DNA of 64,000 bases from an uncultured SAR86 cluster bacterium (GTDB lineage Bacteria; Pseudomonadota; Gammaproteobacteria; Magnimaribacterales; TMED112): the NCBI GenBank assembly GCA_902579195.1, contig CACHFV010000003.1, positions 20,877 to 84,876 of the forward strand, given 5' to 3'. Shown here piece after piece: positions 45,496-56,867 of the stretch. Positions within the stretch are counted from its first letter, which is position 1; every line of letters begins with the position of its first letter. Made by a program: the position numbers and the translations under genes. The notes below the pieces were generated by a model, which saw only the letters and a program-made list of their open reading frames with translations, was not told the origin of the DNA and ran no database searches.

Positions 45496-45512
45496 TGTTT
45501 ATAGACTATAAT
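45483..45512 (+). promoter_or_regulatory. Putative promoter of tRNA-Leu
   Basis: Perfect -10 TATAAT at 45507-45512, 18 nt upstream of the mature tRNA 5' end. The -35 is weak (TTAAAA at 45483-45488, 18-nt spacer). Confidence 0.4.
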
Positions 45513-45530
45513 TTATTCTTTGGATTATTT

Positions 45531-45616
45531 GCCGAAGTGGTGGAATTGGTAGACACGCTATCTTGAGGGGGTAGTAAGCAATGCTTGTGAGGGTTCAAGT
45601 CCCTCCTTCGGCACCA
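45531..45616 (+). tRNA. leuU: tRNA-Leu (anticodon GAG), long variable arm
   Basis: GCCGAAGTGGTGGAATTGGTAGACACGCTATCTTGAGGGGGTAGTAAGCAATGCTTGTGAGGGTTCAAGTCCCTCCTTCGGCACCA. Anticodon stem CTATC/GGTAG with loop TTGAGGG. It is very similar to E. coli leuU. Confidence 0.95.
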
Positions 45617-45622
45617 ACTTAA

Positions 45623-45910
45623 TTATTCGACTGGAGGTTCTTCAAAAACTTCCTCTATCACCTCTTCATCTATATCAAGAGTTAGTTCTTGTTTGGAAAT
45701 ATAGGCAAGCAGAAGACACAAGACGAAGAAGACAGTAATAAGTGCCCATGTAATTTGTGAGAAGAAATTAGATGGTCCCAGTGGGCCGAATAATGAGTCA
45801 GAACTGCCTCCACCAAACGCAGAGCCAAGATCAGAGCCTTTGCCTTGTTGCAGCATAATTGAACCAACAATTAATACTGCAAGAATAACTAAAATAATTT
45901 CTATCAACAT
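45623..45910 (-). CDS. secG: Preprotein translocase subunit SecG
   Basis: 95 aa. LVILAVLIVGSIMLQQGKGSDLGSAFGGG is the SecG signature. Follows tpiA. Confidence 0.88.
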   Translation of the reverse strand: MLIEIILVILAVLIVGSIMLQQGKGSDLGSAFGGGSSDSLFGPLGPSNFFSQITWALITVFFVLCLLLAYISKQELTLDIDEEVIEEVFEEPPVE

Positions 45911-46596
45911 GACTGCGCTATCTTAGCAAATTCTTGTGGGTTTAGAGAAGCCCCACCGACTAAAACACCATCTATATCTAAATTATTCAGTAAATTGGAG
46001 GCATTTTCTCCCTTAACGCTACCGCCATATAGGACTTTTACAGTTTGAGAGAAATGTAAACGTATATGTTTAACAACTTGCTCAATATCTTCATCGCTCG
46101 GCACTAAACCAGTACCGATAGCCCAGATAGGCTCATATGCAAATGTAATCTCATCTTCAATATTTTTAAAATGTTCTAGCTGTTTGGTTATAAAATCAAA
46201 GGTCTCATTTGATTCCCTAGTTTCAAGGGATTCTCCAATGCATACTATAGGCTTCACTTTATTCTCAATAAGTAGATCATACTTGGCTTTAATGTCTTCA
46301 TTTGACTCATTTAAATATACTCTAGCTTCTGAATGCCCAATTATGCAGTAACTCACATTATTGTCTGCAATCATGCTTACTGAGATCTGTGAGGTATAAG
46401 CACCACTTTCTTTGGCTGAAACATTTTGAGCTGATATTTTTACATTTCCATTCCCTGACATACCTAGATAAGGAGCTGGCAGAGCAACTATTACTTCATT
46501 GGAGGATGTGTCTTCTTTATTAAAGACATCAAACCATTCTTCGATAAATGAGATTGATCCATTCATCTTAAAATTTGCAGCTATAAGTTTTGGCAT
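45904..46596 (-). CDS. tpiA: Triosephosphate isomerase (short, 230 aa)
   Basis: IAANFKMNG, IIGHSEAR, AYEPIWAIGTG and GGASL motifs. Confidence 0.9.
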   Translation of the reverse strand: MPKLIAANFKMNGSISFIEEWFDVFNKEDTSSNEVIVALPAPYLGMSGNGNVKISAQNVSAKESGAYTSQISVSMIADNNVSYCIIGHSEARVYLNESNEDIKAKYDLLIENKVKPIVCIGESLETRESNETFDFITKQLEHFKNIEDEITFAYEPIWAIGTGLVPSDEDIEQVVKHIRLHFSQTVKVLYGGSVKGENASNLLNNLDIDGVLVGGASLNPQEFAKIAQSC

Positions 46597-47906
46597 TAGC
46601 TGATTATATTTTCGATTTCTGCAAAAAGGTTATCCACCTTTGATTTATCGCGAGATTCTACCATAACTCTTAACTTTGCTTCTGTCCCGGATTTTCGCAC
46701 TGATATTCTGGAATCAGTATTGGATTTCTGAAGGTCATCGATCTTTTGATTGAATTCGTTTGAACTAAGAAGTGCTTCATTTTTGACGTCATAACTTTGT
46801 AATTTATGTGGCCAGTAATTAATTTTCTTTTGTATGTCAGTCATTGTTGCGTCAAGATCAGAAAATGCAGTGAGTGTTTGAATAAGCGCTATGTTGGCAT
46901 CGCCACTTTCTGAGAATTCGCGCTGAATGACATGTCCAGAAGTTTCTCCTCCAACATTCAAGTTTTCTTTAACTAGTTCTCTCGAGACATACTTATCGCC
47001 CACGTTTGATCTGAGCAGGCCAACATCAATCTCTGCTAAAGCTTCGCCTATCCCCTGATTTGTCATGATGGTTCCAACAACACAATCTGACATATCTTTT
47101 CCGAGAGCTTTGTTACGAGATGCAAGTGTGTAAATTATGTCGTCACCATTGAAAACATTACCAGTACTGTCACTTAGAACTAATCTGTCCCCATCACCGT
47201 CTACTGCAACACAATAATCAAAGTCATAATCTTTCGCATACTTTTCGAAGAGCACAGGCTTTAAAACAGCGCAATCTTCATTGATGTTAAATCCATCTGG
47301 ATCGCAATTTATCCTTATGACTTTCGCGCCTAGCTCAGTTAAAAGCATTGGGGTAATCTTGTAGTTTGCGCCATTTGCAGCATCTACTAATATTGTTTTA
47401 TCTTTCAGGCTAGTTTGCCCCTTTAAGGTGCTTTTGCAGTATTCAATGTATCTGCCTGATGCACTATCTATTCTAAATGCCTTCCCGATGCCTGAAGCAT
47501 TTCTTGTTTTAATTGGTGTGGTTAACCTCGCTTCAATTTCTTTCTCAAATTTCTCGGAAATCTTTCTGCCGTGTCTATTAAAGAATTTGATTCCATTGTC
47601 TTCAAAAGGATTGTGGCTAGCACTTATTACTACCCCAAACTGGCCTGCATAAGTGGCTGTTAGAAACGATACAGCAGGTGTAGGTATCGGTCCTGCTAAC
47701 TTTACGTCGATACCAGCTGATATAAATCCAGCTTGAAGAGCTGACTCAAGCATATAGCCTGAAACTCTTGTATCTTTCCCAATAATTACAGAATCGTAGC
47801 CTTTGTTTTTAATTATGGAACCTGTATGGAAACCAAGGTTTAAACAAAAATCTGGAGTGATTTTAGTATCCGTTGGACCTCTGAAACCATCAGTTCCAAA
47901 CTTCAT
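46596..47906 (-). CDS. glmM: Phosphoglucosamine mutase
   Basis: KFGTDGFRG, the phosphoserine loop ISASHNPFEDNGIKFF, AVDGDGDR and GGETSGH. Confidence 0.95.
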   Translation of the reverse strand: MKFGTDGFRGPTDTKITPDFCLNLGFHTGSIIKNKGYDSVIIGKDTRVSGYMLESALQAGFISAGIDVKLAGPIPTPAVSFLTATYAGQFGVVISASHNPFEDNGIKFFNRHGRKISEKFEKEIEARLTTPIKTRNASGIGKAFRIDSASGRYIEYCKSTLKGQTSLKDKTILVDAANGANYKITPMLLTELGAKVIRINCDPDGFNINEDCAVLKPVLFEKYAKDYDFDYCVAVDGDGDRLVLSDSTGNVFNGDDIIYTLASRNKALGKDMSDCVVGTIMTNQGIGEALAEIDVGLLRSNVGDKYVSRELVKENLNVGGETSGHVIQREFSESGDANIALIQTLTAFSDLDATMTDIQKKINYWPHKLQSYDVKNEALLSSNEFNQKIDDLQKSNTDSRISVRKSGTEAKLRVMVESRDKSKVDNLFAEIENIIS

Positions 47907-47908
47907 GA

Positions 47909-49810
47909 CTACGAATCCTGTACTGGTTTAGAAGACCCTGTTACTTTTGCTTTTGGTTTAGAGCTTTCATCATCACCGCTTTTATCGCGCGGAAGGGCAC
48001 CAGCCATGATGTCAGAAATTTGATCCTCATCAATGGTTTCGTATTTCAATAGAGCATCGGCCATATTATGAAGTTTATCCATATTTGCAGCCAGGATCGA
48101 ACCAGCTTTTTCATAGCAAGTTCTGATGATGCCTCTTACCTCATCATCAATCTGCTTGGCTGTCTCTTCTGAGAAGATTCTCTTTTTCTGACCTGCAGAT
48201 CTACCCAAGAATGGGTTTTCATCTTCGTCATCATACTTAAGTGTTCCCATCTTTTCTGAGAATCCCCATTTGGTAACCATATTTCTTGCTAACTCACTGG
48301 CTCTTTCAATATCATTTGATGCACCAGTTGTTATGGATTCTTTACCATTGATAATTTCTTCAGCAACTCTGCCGCCAAATAACGTAGTAATTGAACTTAA
48401 GATTGCTGTTTTTGATTTCATGTAGATGTCTTCTTCTGGTAAGAACATTGTCACCCCAAGAGCGCCACCACGTGGAATAATTGTTACTTTGTAGACTGGA
48501 TCATGCTCTGGTAGACAAAGACCAACAATGGCATGTCCTGCCTCATGAAAAGCAGTAATTCTTTTGGTTTTTTCATTAAGAACCATGGTCTTTCTCTCAG
48601 GACCCATCATTATTTTATCCTTGGCATAGTCCATCATGTCTTGGGTAACTTTCTTGAGATTTTTTCTAGCAGCTAAAAGCGCAGCTTCATTTACTAGGTT
48701 TGCTAAGTCAGCTCCAGAAAACCCAGGAGTTCCTCTTGCTATCACATTTGATTCAACACTTTTATCAATGGGCACTTTTTTTAGATGAACATCTAAAATT
48801 TGTTCTCTACCTTTGATATCTGGCAACCCAACCATGACCTGCCTATCAAATCTACCAGGTCTTAGTAAAGCCTGATCAAGAACATCAGGCCTGTTTGTTG
48901 CAGCAATTACTATGACTCCAAGATTTTCTTCAAAACCATCCATTTCAACAAGTAGTTGGTTTAATGTTTGCTCTCTTTCATCATGTCCGCCGCCAAGACC
49001 TGCACCTCTTTGTCTTCCGACAGCATCAATCTCATCGATAAAGACTATGCAAGGAGAATGCTTCTTAGCTTGCTCAAACATATCTCTTACTCTTGATGCA
49101 CCAACACCAACGAACATTTCAACAAAATCTGAGCCAGAAATAGTGAAAAATGGAACTTTTGCTTCGCCTGCAACAGCACGTGCAAGTAATGTTTTACCAG
49201 TTCCTGGAGGGCCTACCATCAGAATACCGCGTGGTATTTTTCCACCTACTTTAATGAACTTTGCTGGATCCTTAAGAAAATCAACTAATTCTTTGACATC
49301 ATCTTTGGCTTCTTCGCAACCAGCGACATCACCAAAATTTGTTTTAACATGTCCACCATCAAGTAATTTTGCTTTACTTTTTCCAAAAGTCATTGGCCCG
49401 CCTTTACCGCCAACACCGCCTTGCATCTGTCTCATGAAAAGGAAGAATATTCCCAGTAACAATAAAAGAGGAAATGCACCAACAAGCAACTGTGTCCAAA
49501 GACTTGGTGTTTCTTGAGCTTCATAAACCACAGAAACATCTGCTTCGGTTATGAATGAGGATAATTCTGGGTCATTAACAAAAGCTGGCTTAGTTGTTGT
49601 AAATTTTGTTCCATTAAAACGTTCAGCTTCCACAGTCTGGTTATCACCCTTATAAACAATGGACTTAACCTTCTTGCCTTGTATTTCTTGTTTAAATTCT
49701 GAGTAAGTCAGTTTTTCTTTTACTGCGCCCGATGAATAGCCATCCATTAGCATTACTACGAATGCACCTGCGATTAGCCAAAAAATTAAATTTTTTCCTA
49801 AGTTTTTCAT
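47909..49810 (-). CDS. ftsH: ATP-dependent zinc metalloprotease FtsH
   Basis: Walker [12 protein letters not shown], Walker [33 protein letters not shown] and the zinc motif HEAGHA. Confidence 0.98.
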   Translation of the reverse strand: MKNLGKNLIFWLIAGAFVVMLMDGYSSGAVKEKLTYSEFKQEIQGKKVKSIVYKGDNQTVEAERFNGTKFTTTKPAFVNDPELSSFITEADVSVVYEAQETPSLWTQLLVGAFPLLLLLGIFFLFMRQMQGGVGGKGGPMTFGKSKAKLLDGGHVKTNFGDVAGCEEAKDDVKELVDFLKDPAKFIKVGGKIPRGILMVGPPGTGKTLLARAVAGEAKVPFFTISGSDFVEMFVGVGASRVRDMFEQAKKHSPCIVFIDEIDAVGRQRGAGLGGGHDEREQTLNQLLVEMDGFEENLGVIVIAATNRPDVLDQALLRPGRFDRQVMVGLPDIKGREQILDVHLKKVPIDKSVESNVIARGTPGFSGADLANLVNEAALLAARKNLKKVTQDMMDYAKDKIMMGPERKTMVLNEKTKRITAFHEAGHAIVGLCLPEHDPVYKVTIIPRGGALGVTMFLPEEDIYMKSKTAILSSITTLFGGRVAEEIINGKESITTGASNDIERASELARNMVTKWGFSEKMGTLKYDDEDENPFLGRSAGQKKRIFSEETAKQIDDEVRGIIRTCYEKAGSILAANMDKLHNMADALLKYETIDEDQISDIMAGALPRDKSGDDESSKPKAKVTGSSKPVQDS

Positions 49811-49817
49811 ATTTCCT

Positions 49818-50396
49818 TTATTTAGGGATTAATCCTAACAAATAAACCTCTGCAGAAGAAGTTTTTGATGCTGGTGGTTTTTCCACATGAACAGTCTCAA
49901 AATAAGACTCAAATTCACTTCTAACTGACTTAAAAGTATTGTTATTAAAAGCTTTTATTAAAAGTGCGCCTTTACCACTTAGAAGCCTTTTTGCAACGTC
50001 CAAACATTTAAGATTAAGCTCCTTATTAGACTCATCATCTACTAATTTTATTCCAGATAAATTAACACTCATATCACTAAGAATCAGATCAACATTGCCA
50101 ACATAGCTGGACGTGAGCTCTTCAAAATCATTGGAAAAGATGTCGCATTGAGTAAATTCGATATTTGCAACATGCTCCATAGCAAGAATATCAATTGCCA
50201 CACACTGAGAACCTTTCCACTTTTTCTTTCCTATTACTTGTGACCAACCACCTGGAGCAGAGCCTAATTCAATAATTAATTTAGACTGCTCAATGAGTTT
50301 AAATTTTTTATTTATATCAATTAATTTATATGCAGCTCTAGATCTATAACCCTCGGATTTAGCACGTTTTGCCCAAGTATCTTGAATTTCTCTCAA
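49818..50396 (-). CDS. rlmE: 23S rRNA (uridine2552-2'-O)-methyltransferase
   Basis: YRSRAAYKL and [12 protein letters not shown] (SAM motif), plus SDMS and KAF. Upstream of ftsH. Confidence 0.9.
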   Translation of the reverse strand: MREIQDTWAKRAKSEGYRSRAAYKLIDINKKFKLIEQSKLIIELGSAPGGWSQVIGKKKWKGSQCVAIDILAMEHVANIEFTQCDIFSNDFEELTSSYVGNVDLILSDMSVNLSGIKLVDDESNKELNLKCLDVAKRLLSGKGALLIKAFNNNTFKSVRSEFESYFETVHVEKPPASKTSSAEVYLLGLIPK

Positions 50397-50869
50397 TTTA
50401 ATTCAATGTTAATTATTTCAAATTCTTTGTCGCCGCCAGGAGTGTGGACTTCGATAAACTCACCAAGTTCTTTTTTTAGCAAGGCGTGTGCCATTGGGGT
50501 GGTAAAAGATATTGTATTGTGTTCAATATCAGCTTCAGCATCTCCAACAATTTGATATTTTTTAATTTCATCAGTTTCAATGTCTTTGATGGTAACTGTT
50601 GATCCAAAGATAACCCTATCTTCAACTCCCATTTGCTTGTATTCAACTACTTGTGATGTGCCCAGAACATCCTCAAGTTCCCTTATTCTTGCTTCGTTTA
50701 ATCCCTGTTCTTCTCTAGCTGCATGATATTCAGCATTTTCTTTAAGATCGCCATGAGCTCTGGCTTCTGATATGTCATCAATAATTTCTTGTCTTTTGAC
50801 ATTCTTTAATTGATCAAGCTCAGCCCTTAATCTTTGTTGCCCTTCGGGCGTGATTGGTTTTTTATCCAT
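50393..50869 (-). CDS. greA: Transcription elongation factor GreA
   Basis: PITPEG...L..EL..L, ARAHGDLKENAEYHAAREEQ and the C-terminal ISFTTPMAHALLKK. Confidence 0.95.
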   Translation of the reverse strand: MDKKPITPEGQQRLRAELDQLKNVKRQEIIDDISEARAHGDLKENAEYHAAREEQGLNEARIRELEDVLGTSQVVEYKQMGVEDRVIFGSTVTIKDIETDEIKKYQIVGDAEADIEHNTISFTTPMAHALLKKELGEFIEVHTPGGDKEFEIINIELN

Positions 50870-50871
50870 AG

Positions 50872-53800
50872 CTATGTTTCTTGTAATGGCTTATATGTCC
50901 AATTCTCTACCCCTTTTTCTAAAGATTCAACTATTGCAAAACCTCCAGAAACAGTTGTGGTAAATAAAACGCTATGTTCAAGTGCAGATCTTCTGATTGA
51001 AAATGAGTCTTTAATGGATTGTCTTCCTTCTGTGGTATTAATAATCATGTCAATCTCTTTGTTAAGAATTGCATCAACAATGTGTGGCCTACCTTCCAAC
51101 ACTTTGTTAATTAATTTAACTTTAATATTGGTGTCTTTTAATGCCTCAGCTGTTCCCTTAGTAGCTACAATGGTAAAGCCAAGTTTCTCAAGCTTGCCGC
51201 AGAGGGAAGGAAGATACTTCTTGTCATTATCTTTGACACTCACAAAAACACTACCACTTGAAGGAATTGACTCACCAGCACCTTTAACCGCCTTACCAAA
51301 AGCCTCACCAAAAGTATCGCCCCGACCCATGACTTCACCTGTTGACTTCATCTCAGGCCCTAATATTGGGTCGACTTTTCTAAATTTATTAAATGGGAAC
51401 ACAGGTGCCTTAACAGCATAGTTTGTCGGCATTATCTCATCCGTCAAACCTAAGTCCTTCAATGATCTACCCAGAATCACTTTAGAAGCAATTTTAGCCA
51501 AAGAATTGCCAATGCATTTTGAAAGAAATGGAATTGTTCGTGATGCTCTTGGGTTGACCTCAATCATGTAGAATTTGTCATCTTTAACAGCAACCTGAGC
51601 ATTCATTAGGCCAACAACATTTAACTTTTTAGCAACTGCTTTTATTTCTTTCTTAAGCGTATGCAGCTGTGTGTCACCCACACTATATGGTGGGAAAGAG
51701 CACGAACTATCACCGGAATGAATCCCAGCTTCTTCAATATGTTGGAGTACGCCTCCTACCAGAGCATTCTCACCATCACACACAATATCAATATCTAATT
51801 CCACCGCATCATCAAGGAATTTTTCTATGAGCAATGGATTGTCTTTTGCAATTTCAAACTGGTTGTTGAGGTAATTCTTCAAATCACTGTTAGTGTAGAT
51901 CAACTCCATTGCTCTACCACCCAAAACGTAGGAAGGTCTGACTATCACTGGATAACCAAGCTCATTGACTGCATCAAAAGCCTCTGATGAAGTTTGTGCA
52001 ATTCTGTTTTCAGGTTGTAAGAAATTAAATTCAGAAAGAAAAGATTTAAATTTTTCCCTGTTCTCTGCGGTGTCGATTGAGGATGGCGATGTACCCAATA
52101 TTTTTACACCATTTTTTTCAAATTCATCGGTTAATTTTAAAGGTGTTTGACCACCAAACTGCACCACAACTCCCTCAGGATTTTCATGTCGAATAATCTC
52201 AAAAACATCCTCAGCAACTATAGGTTCAAAATAGAGCTTATCCGATACATCAAAATCAGTTGAGACTGTTTCAGGGTTAGAGTTAATCATGATTGTTTCA
52301 ACTCCCTCCTCTCTAAATGCAAGTGCAGCTTGCACACAACAATAATCGAACTCTATTCCTTGGCCGATTCTGTTGGGACCGCTGCCAAGAACAATAACTT
52401 TTTTATTTTCCGATACTTCTGACTCGTTCTCTTCATCGTAAGTTGAATAAAGATAATTGGTTGTGCTGTCAAATTCTGCAGAACATGAATCTACACGCTT
52501 GAATACTGGATGAACATTAAGATTGTATCTATGATTTCTGACATCTTCTTCAGGAATGTTTATAAGATTTGCAATTCGCGCATCAGCAAAACCTTTCTTT
52601 TTAACCTGTAACATAAAGTTTTTGTCAATCTGGCTTAAACCTATTTCTTCAATTTGCTTCTCTAAATCTATGATTTCTCTAATTTGGTGTAGGAACCAAC
52701 AATCAACCTTGCAAGAAACAAAAATTTCTTCCATTGACCACCCTCTTCTAAAAGCATCTGCAATATACCAAAGCCTTTTTTCACCTGGAGTAGAAAGTTC
52801 TAGCTTTAATGCGCCATTGCCCTCGTCGTCCTTGAGTATTTTTGATAATCCAAACAAACCGTTTTCCATTGAGCGGATTGCTTTTTGAAAGGATTCTTGA
52901 AAATTACGGCCAATGGCCATTACTTCGCCGACCGATTTCATTTGGGTTGTTAATCGAGGGTCCGTTTCCGGGAATTTTTCAAAATTAAATCTTGGAATTT
53001 TGGTGACCACATAATCAATTGTTGGTTCAAACGATGCTGGGGTTTTGCCATTTGTAATATCATTCTTTAATTCGTCTAAGGTGTAACCAACAGCAAGCAA
53101 TGCTGCCACTTTAGCAATTGGGAAGCCTGTTGCTTTGGAAGCAAGCGCTGATGACCGGCTTACCCTTGGGTTCATCTCAATAACAACCAGTCTTCCTGTG
53201 TCTGGATTCACAGCAAACTGAACGTTCGAACCTCCAGTTTCAACACCTATTCTTCTAAGTATCTTGAAAGAAGCATCTCTCATTTCTTGATACTCCTTGT
53301 CTGTGAGGGTTTGTGCTGGAGCAACAGTGATTGAATCCCCTGTATGGACGCCCATTGGGTCGACGTTTTCAATTGAACAAACAATAATACAGTTATCATT
53401 CTTATCCCTGACAACCTCCATCTCAAACTCTTTCCATCCCACTAAGGATTCATCAATCAACAATTCTTTTGTTGGAGACAGTTTTAGACCATTCATACAA
53501 ATTTCTTCGAACTCTTTGAGGTTGTAAGCGATTCCACCCCCGGTTCCCCCCATGGTAAATGAAGGCCTTATGACGCAAGGAAGACCAATGTCTTTGTGGA
53601 TCTTCCAAGCATCCTCCATGGAATGGGCAAAACCAGATCTTGGGGTTTCTAGACCAAGCTCTTTGATGCACTTATCAAATTTTTCTCTATCTTCAGCGTT
53701 ATCGATTGCTTCTCTATTGGCCCCAATCATTTCCACTGAGTGTTTTTCCAATATGCCTCTTTTTGCTAACTCAAGTGAGACATTCAAACCAGTTTGACCG

Positions 53801-54072
53801 CCCATTGTCGGCAAAATGGCATCCGGCTTCTCTTTCTCAATAATCTTTTCTAAGCTTGCCCAATCAACAGGCTCAATGTAAGTAGCATCAGCAATCTCTG
53901 GGTCTGTCATGATTGTTGCTGGATTGGAATTTACTAAAATTACTCTATAACCATTCTCTCTTAAGGCTTTGCAGGCTTGAGTGCCTGAATAATCAAACTC
54001 GCACGCTTGGCCAATAACTATTGGCCCTGAACCTACTATAAGGATTGATTTGATATCAGTTCTTTTAGGCAT
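50872..54072 (-). CDS. carB: Carbamoyl-phosphate synthase large subunit
   Basis: 1066 aa. Duplicated ATP-grasp halves ([24 protein letters not shown] and [22 protein letters not shown]) and a C-terminal MGS-like domain. Confidence 0.98.
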   Translation of the reverse strand: MPKRTDIKSILIVGSGPIVIGQACEFDYSGTQACKALRENGYRVILVNSNPATIMTDPEIADATYIEPVDWASLEKIIEKEKPDAILPTMGGQTGLNVSLELAKRGILEKHSVEMIGANREAIDNAEDREKFDKCIKELGLETPRSGFAHSMEDAWKIHKDIGLPCVIRPSFTMGGTGGGIAYNLKEFEEICMNGLKLSPTKELLIDESLVGWKEFEMEVVRDKNDNCIIVCSIENVDPMGVHTGDSITVAPAQTLTDKEYQEMRDASFKILRRIGVETGGSNVQFAVNPDTGRLVVIEMNPRVSRSSALASKATGFPIAKVAALLAVGYTLDELKNDITNGKTPASFEPTIDYVVTKIPRFNFEKFPETDPRLTTQMKSVGEVMAIGRNFQESFQKAIRSMENGLFGLSKILKDDEGNGALKLELSTPGEKRLWYIADAFRRGWSMEEIFVSCKVDCWFLHQIREIIDLEKQIEEIGLSQIDKNFMLQVKKKGFADARIANLINIPEEDVRNHRYNLNVHPVFKRVDSCSAEFDSTTNYLYSTYDEENESEVSENKKVIVLGSGPNRIGQGIEFDYCCVQAALAFREEGVETIMINSNPETVSTDFDVSDKLYFEPIVAEDVFEIIRHENPEGVVVQFGGQTPLKLTDEFEKNGVKILGTSPSSIDTAENREKFKSFLSEFNFLQPENRIAQTSSEAFDAVNELGYPVIVRPSYVLGGRAMELIYTNSDLKNYLNNQFEIAKDNPLLIEKFLDDAVELDIDIVCDGENALVGGVLQHIEEAGIHSGDSSCSFPPYSVGDTQLHTLKKEIKAVAKKLNVVGLMNAQVAVKDDKFYMIEVNPRASRTIPFLSKCIGNSLAKIASKVILGRSLKDLGLTDEIMPTNYAVKAPVFPFNKFRKVDPILGPEMKSTGEVMGRGDTFGEAFGKAVKGAGESIPSSGSVFVSVKDNDKKYLPSLCGKLEKLGFTIVATKGTAEALKDTNIKVKLINKVLEGRPHIVDAILNKEIDMIINTTEGRQSIKDSFSIRRSALEHSVLFTTTVSGGFAIVESLEKGVENWTYKPLQET

Positions 54073-55156
54073 TCATATCCTCAAAAAATTTGTTGAACTG
54101 AACCTCGAACTCTTTGGGCCCTGGACTTGCTTCAGGGTGGCACTGTATTGAATAATAAGGTTTGCTAGTGTGTTTAATGCCTTGAATGGAGTCATCAAAG
54201 AGCGACCTATGGCTAACCTTTAAGTCTTCTCGATCCTCTAGCTCTGCAACAGCGAAATTATGATTTTGCGATGTAATGAAAACGACATTATTTTCTATGT
54301 CGTGAACTGGGTGATTGGCCCCATGATGACCAAACGGCATCTTTTCAATCTCCAAGTCATAAGCCAGTGACATAATTTGATGGCCTAGGCAAATACCAAA
54401 CATTGGTATATCTAATTTCATGAGTTCTTTAACTTCTTGAATCGATTCTGTAAGAATAGTTGGGTCACCAGGACCATTTGATAAAAATATTCCATCAGGA
54501 TTCATGGCTTCGATTTCTTTTGCTGTCGTGGATGGTGGCACAACAGTTATATCACCGCCCAAATTTTTCATGATTCTAAGAATGTTTTCTTTTATGCCGT
54601 AATCGATGGCAACAATTTTGTTTGTTTTTGGAGCCGAAGGCTTACCATAACTATATGGTTCAGATACAGAGACATTGTCTGTGAATGACATCTGGCTGAT
54701 GTTTCCAAATTTATTGATTTCATACATAGCCTCATCATCAGTGAATTTGTCTGAAGGATAAATAGCTCCCACCTTACAACCCTCATCTCTTAAAATTCTT
54801 GTTAATTTTCTAGTATCAATATCGGAGATGCATATAGCTTTTTGTTCTATAAGAAATTCTTCCAAAGATTGTTTTGATCGCCAGTTACTTGGAAAGTCAC
54901 AAAAGTTTTTAACAATGACTCCTCGAGCAGAAATTTTCTTTGATTCATTATCATCAAAATTTATGCCTGTATTTCCGATGTGTGGATAAGTGAATGTAAT
55001 TATTTGGCCGTCGTAAGATGGGTCAGTTAAAATTTCTTGGTAGCCAGTGATTGCGGTATTGAAAACAACTTCCCCAATACCTATTTTTTCAACTCCAAAA
55101 CCAATGCCTTCGAATGTAATTCCATTTTCAAGTTTAAGTTTTGCTGGAAACTTCAT
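54065..55156 (-). CDS. carA: Carbamoyl-phosphate synthase small (glutaminase) subunit
   Basis: [25 protein letters not shown] and the glutamine amidotransferase triad context GICLGHQ and HPE. The start ATG 55156 ([12 protein letters not shown]) aligns with the E. coli CarA N-terminus. The ORF track extends to 55198. Confidence 0.95.
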   Translation of the reverse strand: MKFPAKLKLENGITFEGIGFGVEKIGIGEVVFNTAITGYQEILTDPSYDGQIITFTYPHIGNTGINFDDNESKKISARGVIVKNFCDFPSNWRSKQSLEEFLIEQKAICISDIDTRKLTRILRDEGCKVGAIYPSDKFTDDEAMYEINKFGNISQMSFTDNVSVSEPYSYGKPSAPKTNKIVAIDYGIKENILRIMKNLGGDITVVPPSTTAKEIEAMNPDGIFLSNGPGDPTILTESIQEVKELMKLDIPMFGICLGHQIMSLAYDLEIEKMPFGHHGANHPVHDIENNVVFITSQNHNFAVAELEDREDLKVSHRSLFDDSIQGIKHTSKPYYSIQCHPEASPGPKEFEVQFNKFFEDMNA

Positions 55157-55220
55157 TTTCTGCTTCAGAATAGTATAAAAAGATATTAGATAATTCATAG
55201 ATCATTTAGAATAACTACCT

Positions 55221-55988
55221 ATGTCAATTTCAATAAAAAGCAAAAAAGACATCGAAAAAATGAAAATTGCAGGCAGAAAAGCTGCAAGTGTTCTTGAAAT
55301 GTTGGATGATCACGTCAAGCCTGGGGTAACAACAGAGGAGCTTGATCAAATTGCTTTTAAATTCATTACAGAAGAGTTGAAATGTATACCAGCTAATGTT
55401 GGCTACAATGGTTACCCAAAAACATTATGCACGTCGGTTAATAACGTCATCTGTCACGGCATTCCCTCTGAAGAAAAACCTCTTAAAGATGGCGATATCG
55501 TCAATATTGATATCACAGTCATCTATGAAGGCTGGCATGGCGATACTTCGAAGATGTATTTAGTGGGAAATGTTCCTGCCCATGCAAAACGACTCGTTGA
55601 TATCACGCAGCAATGCATGTATGCAGGTATTGAAGAAGTGAAACCAGGCGCAACACTTGGAGATGTTGGGCATGCCATACAAGTGTTAGCAGAAAAAAAC
55701 TATTATTCAGTTGTGCGTGATTATTGTGGGCATGGCATTGGCACTATCTATCATGAGGAACCACAAGTTATGCACTATGGCAAAAAAGGATCAGGCTTAG
55801 AGCTAAAAGAGGGAATGTGTTTCACGATAGAACCAATGATAAACCTGGGTAGCTACCATACTAGACTCTTAGATGATGGTTGGACTGTGGTCACCAAAGA
55901 TGGAAAACTATCAGCTCAATGGGAACACACCATTGCTGTAACAAGCGAAGGTTTTGAGATTCTGACCCTAAGAGAAGAAGAGTTATGA
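55221..55988 (+). CDS. map: Type I methionine aminopeptidase
   Basis: NVICHGIP, DIVNIDITV...GWHGDTS, HGIG, FTIEP and EHT metal-ligand contexts. Confidence 0.95.
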   Translation: MSISIKSKKDIEKMKIAGRKAASVLEMLDDHVKPGVTTEELDQIAFKFITEELKCIPANVGYNGYPKTLCTSVNNVICHGIPSEEKPLKDGDIVNIDITVIYEGWHGDTSKMYLVGNVPAHAKRLVDITQQCMYAGIEEVKPGATLGDVGHAIQVLAEKNYYSVVRDYCGHGIGTIYHEEPQVMHYGKKGSGLELKEGMCFTIEPMINLGSYHTRLLDDGWTVVTKDGKLSAQWEHTIAVTSEGFEILTLREEEL

Positions 55989-56866
55989 ATCTGCCCATTG
56001 AAGCTCATGGTGTATGCACACAAGATGAACAAGGTTTGCTTGCTGTCAGATATTCAAAATTCCTGCCATCTACCGAAAAGACTAATAGCTTTCATATAGA
56101 TGCCAATTCAAATGAAATCATTGTCCACCTGGTTGAGGATGAAGCCATTCAGAACATCCCAACGGCATGGCTAAAACTTTATTTGTTATCTTTGCGTTAC
56201 TTCAAACCCAATGAACTTAACTTTGATAATATTTTTTCTGTCCTGCCAAACCTTGCGTGGACAAACAATGGCCCGATGAGAGCAGAGAACTTGAGCGACC
56301 TCAATCTTAACGAGGATTTGAAAATTTTTGCGTTGGATAAGTTTCCACCAATGGCAGACTACGTTATTCCCAAGGGAGTAAGAATTGCTGATGCTTCTAG
56401 AGTGCGTTTGGGTGCCTATTTAGGTGAAGGCACAACCATCATGCACGAAGGGTTTGTCAACTATAACGCTGGTACCGAGGGACCAAATATGATTGAAGGC
56501 AGAATTTCAGCAGGGGTCTTTATTGGCAAAGATTCAGATCTTGGTGGTGGTTGCTCCACCATGGGCACACTATCAGGGGGCAATAAAGCTGTCATATCTA
56601 TTGGAGAAAGGTGCTTGCTTGGGGCAAATTCAGGCATTGGTATTTCATTGGGTGATGATTGCACTATTGAAGCTGGGCTTTATGTGACAGCTGGTACCAA
56701 AGTAACACTGTTAATCAAAGAGGGTGAAGAGAAAATTGTAAAGGCACTGGATTTAAGCGGTACAAGTGGTTTGTTATACTATCGCGATTCACTCACTGGA
56801 AAAGTATGTGCTAAACCAAAAGCATCGTCCTTTACACTAAACAAAGAGTTGCACGAGAATAATTAA
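55985..56866 (+). CDS. dapD: 2,3,4,5-tetrahydropyridine-2,6-dicarboxylate N-succinyltransferase (Pseudomonas-type long form)
   Basis: Left-handed beta-helix hexapeptide repeats (RVRLGAYLGEGTTIMHEGFVNYNAGTEGPNMIEGRISAGVFIGKDSDLGGG). Adjacent to dapE, with an ATGA overlap with map. Confidence 0.8.
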   Translation: MNLPIEAHGVCTQDEQGLLAVRYSKFLPSTEKTNSFHIDANSNEIIVHLVEDEAIQNIPTAWLKLYLLSLRYFKPNELNFDNIFSVLPNLAWTNNGPMRAENLSDLNLNEDLKIFALDKFPPMADYVIPKGVRIADASRVRLGAYLGEGTTIMHEGFVNYNAGTEGPNMIEGRISAGVFIGKDSDLGGGCSTMGTLSGGNKAVISIGERCLLGANSGIGISLGDDCTIEAGLYVTAGTKVTLLIKEGEEKIVKALDLSGTSGLLYYRDSLTGKVCAKPKASSFTLNKELHENN

Positions 56867-56867
56867 G

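Noticed and set aside
45682-45870. 62-aa alternative-frame ORF within secG on the same strand, and a similar 72-aa ORF in carB (53453-53671)
   Set aside because: These are out-of-frame overlaps with well-supported genes. They have no independent signals, and the composition looks like frame-shifted coding sequence.
48912-49517. 201-aa ORF on the plus strand inside ftsH
   Set aside because: It lies entirely antisense to the very well supported ftsH CDS. The translation is low-complexity and Ser/Pro-rich. Long antisense frames are a known artefact opposite conserved GC-richer genes. It has no start context or independent signals.
50834-51421. 195-aa plus-strand ORF spanning the greA/carB junction
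   Set aside because: It is antisense to carB and to the greA start. The protein is low-complexity with no recognisable domain. Both overlapped genes are unambiguous.
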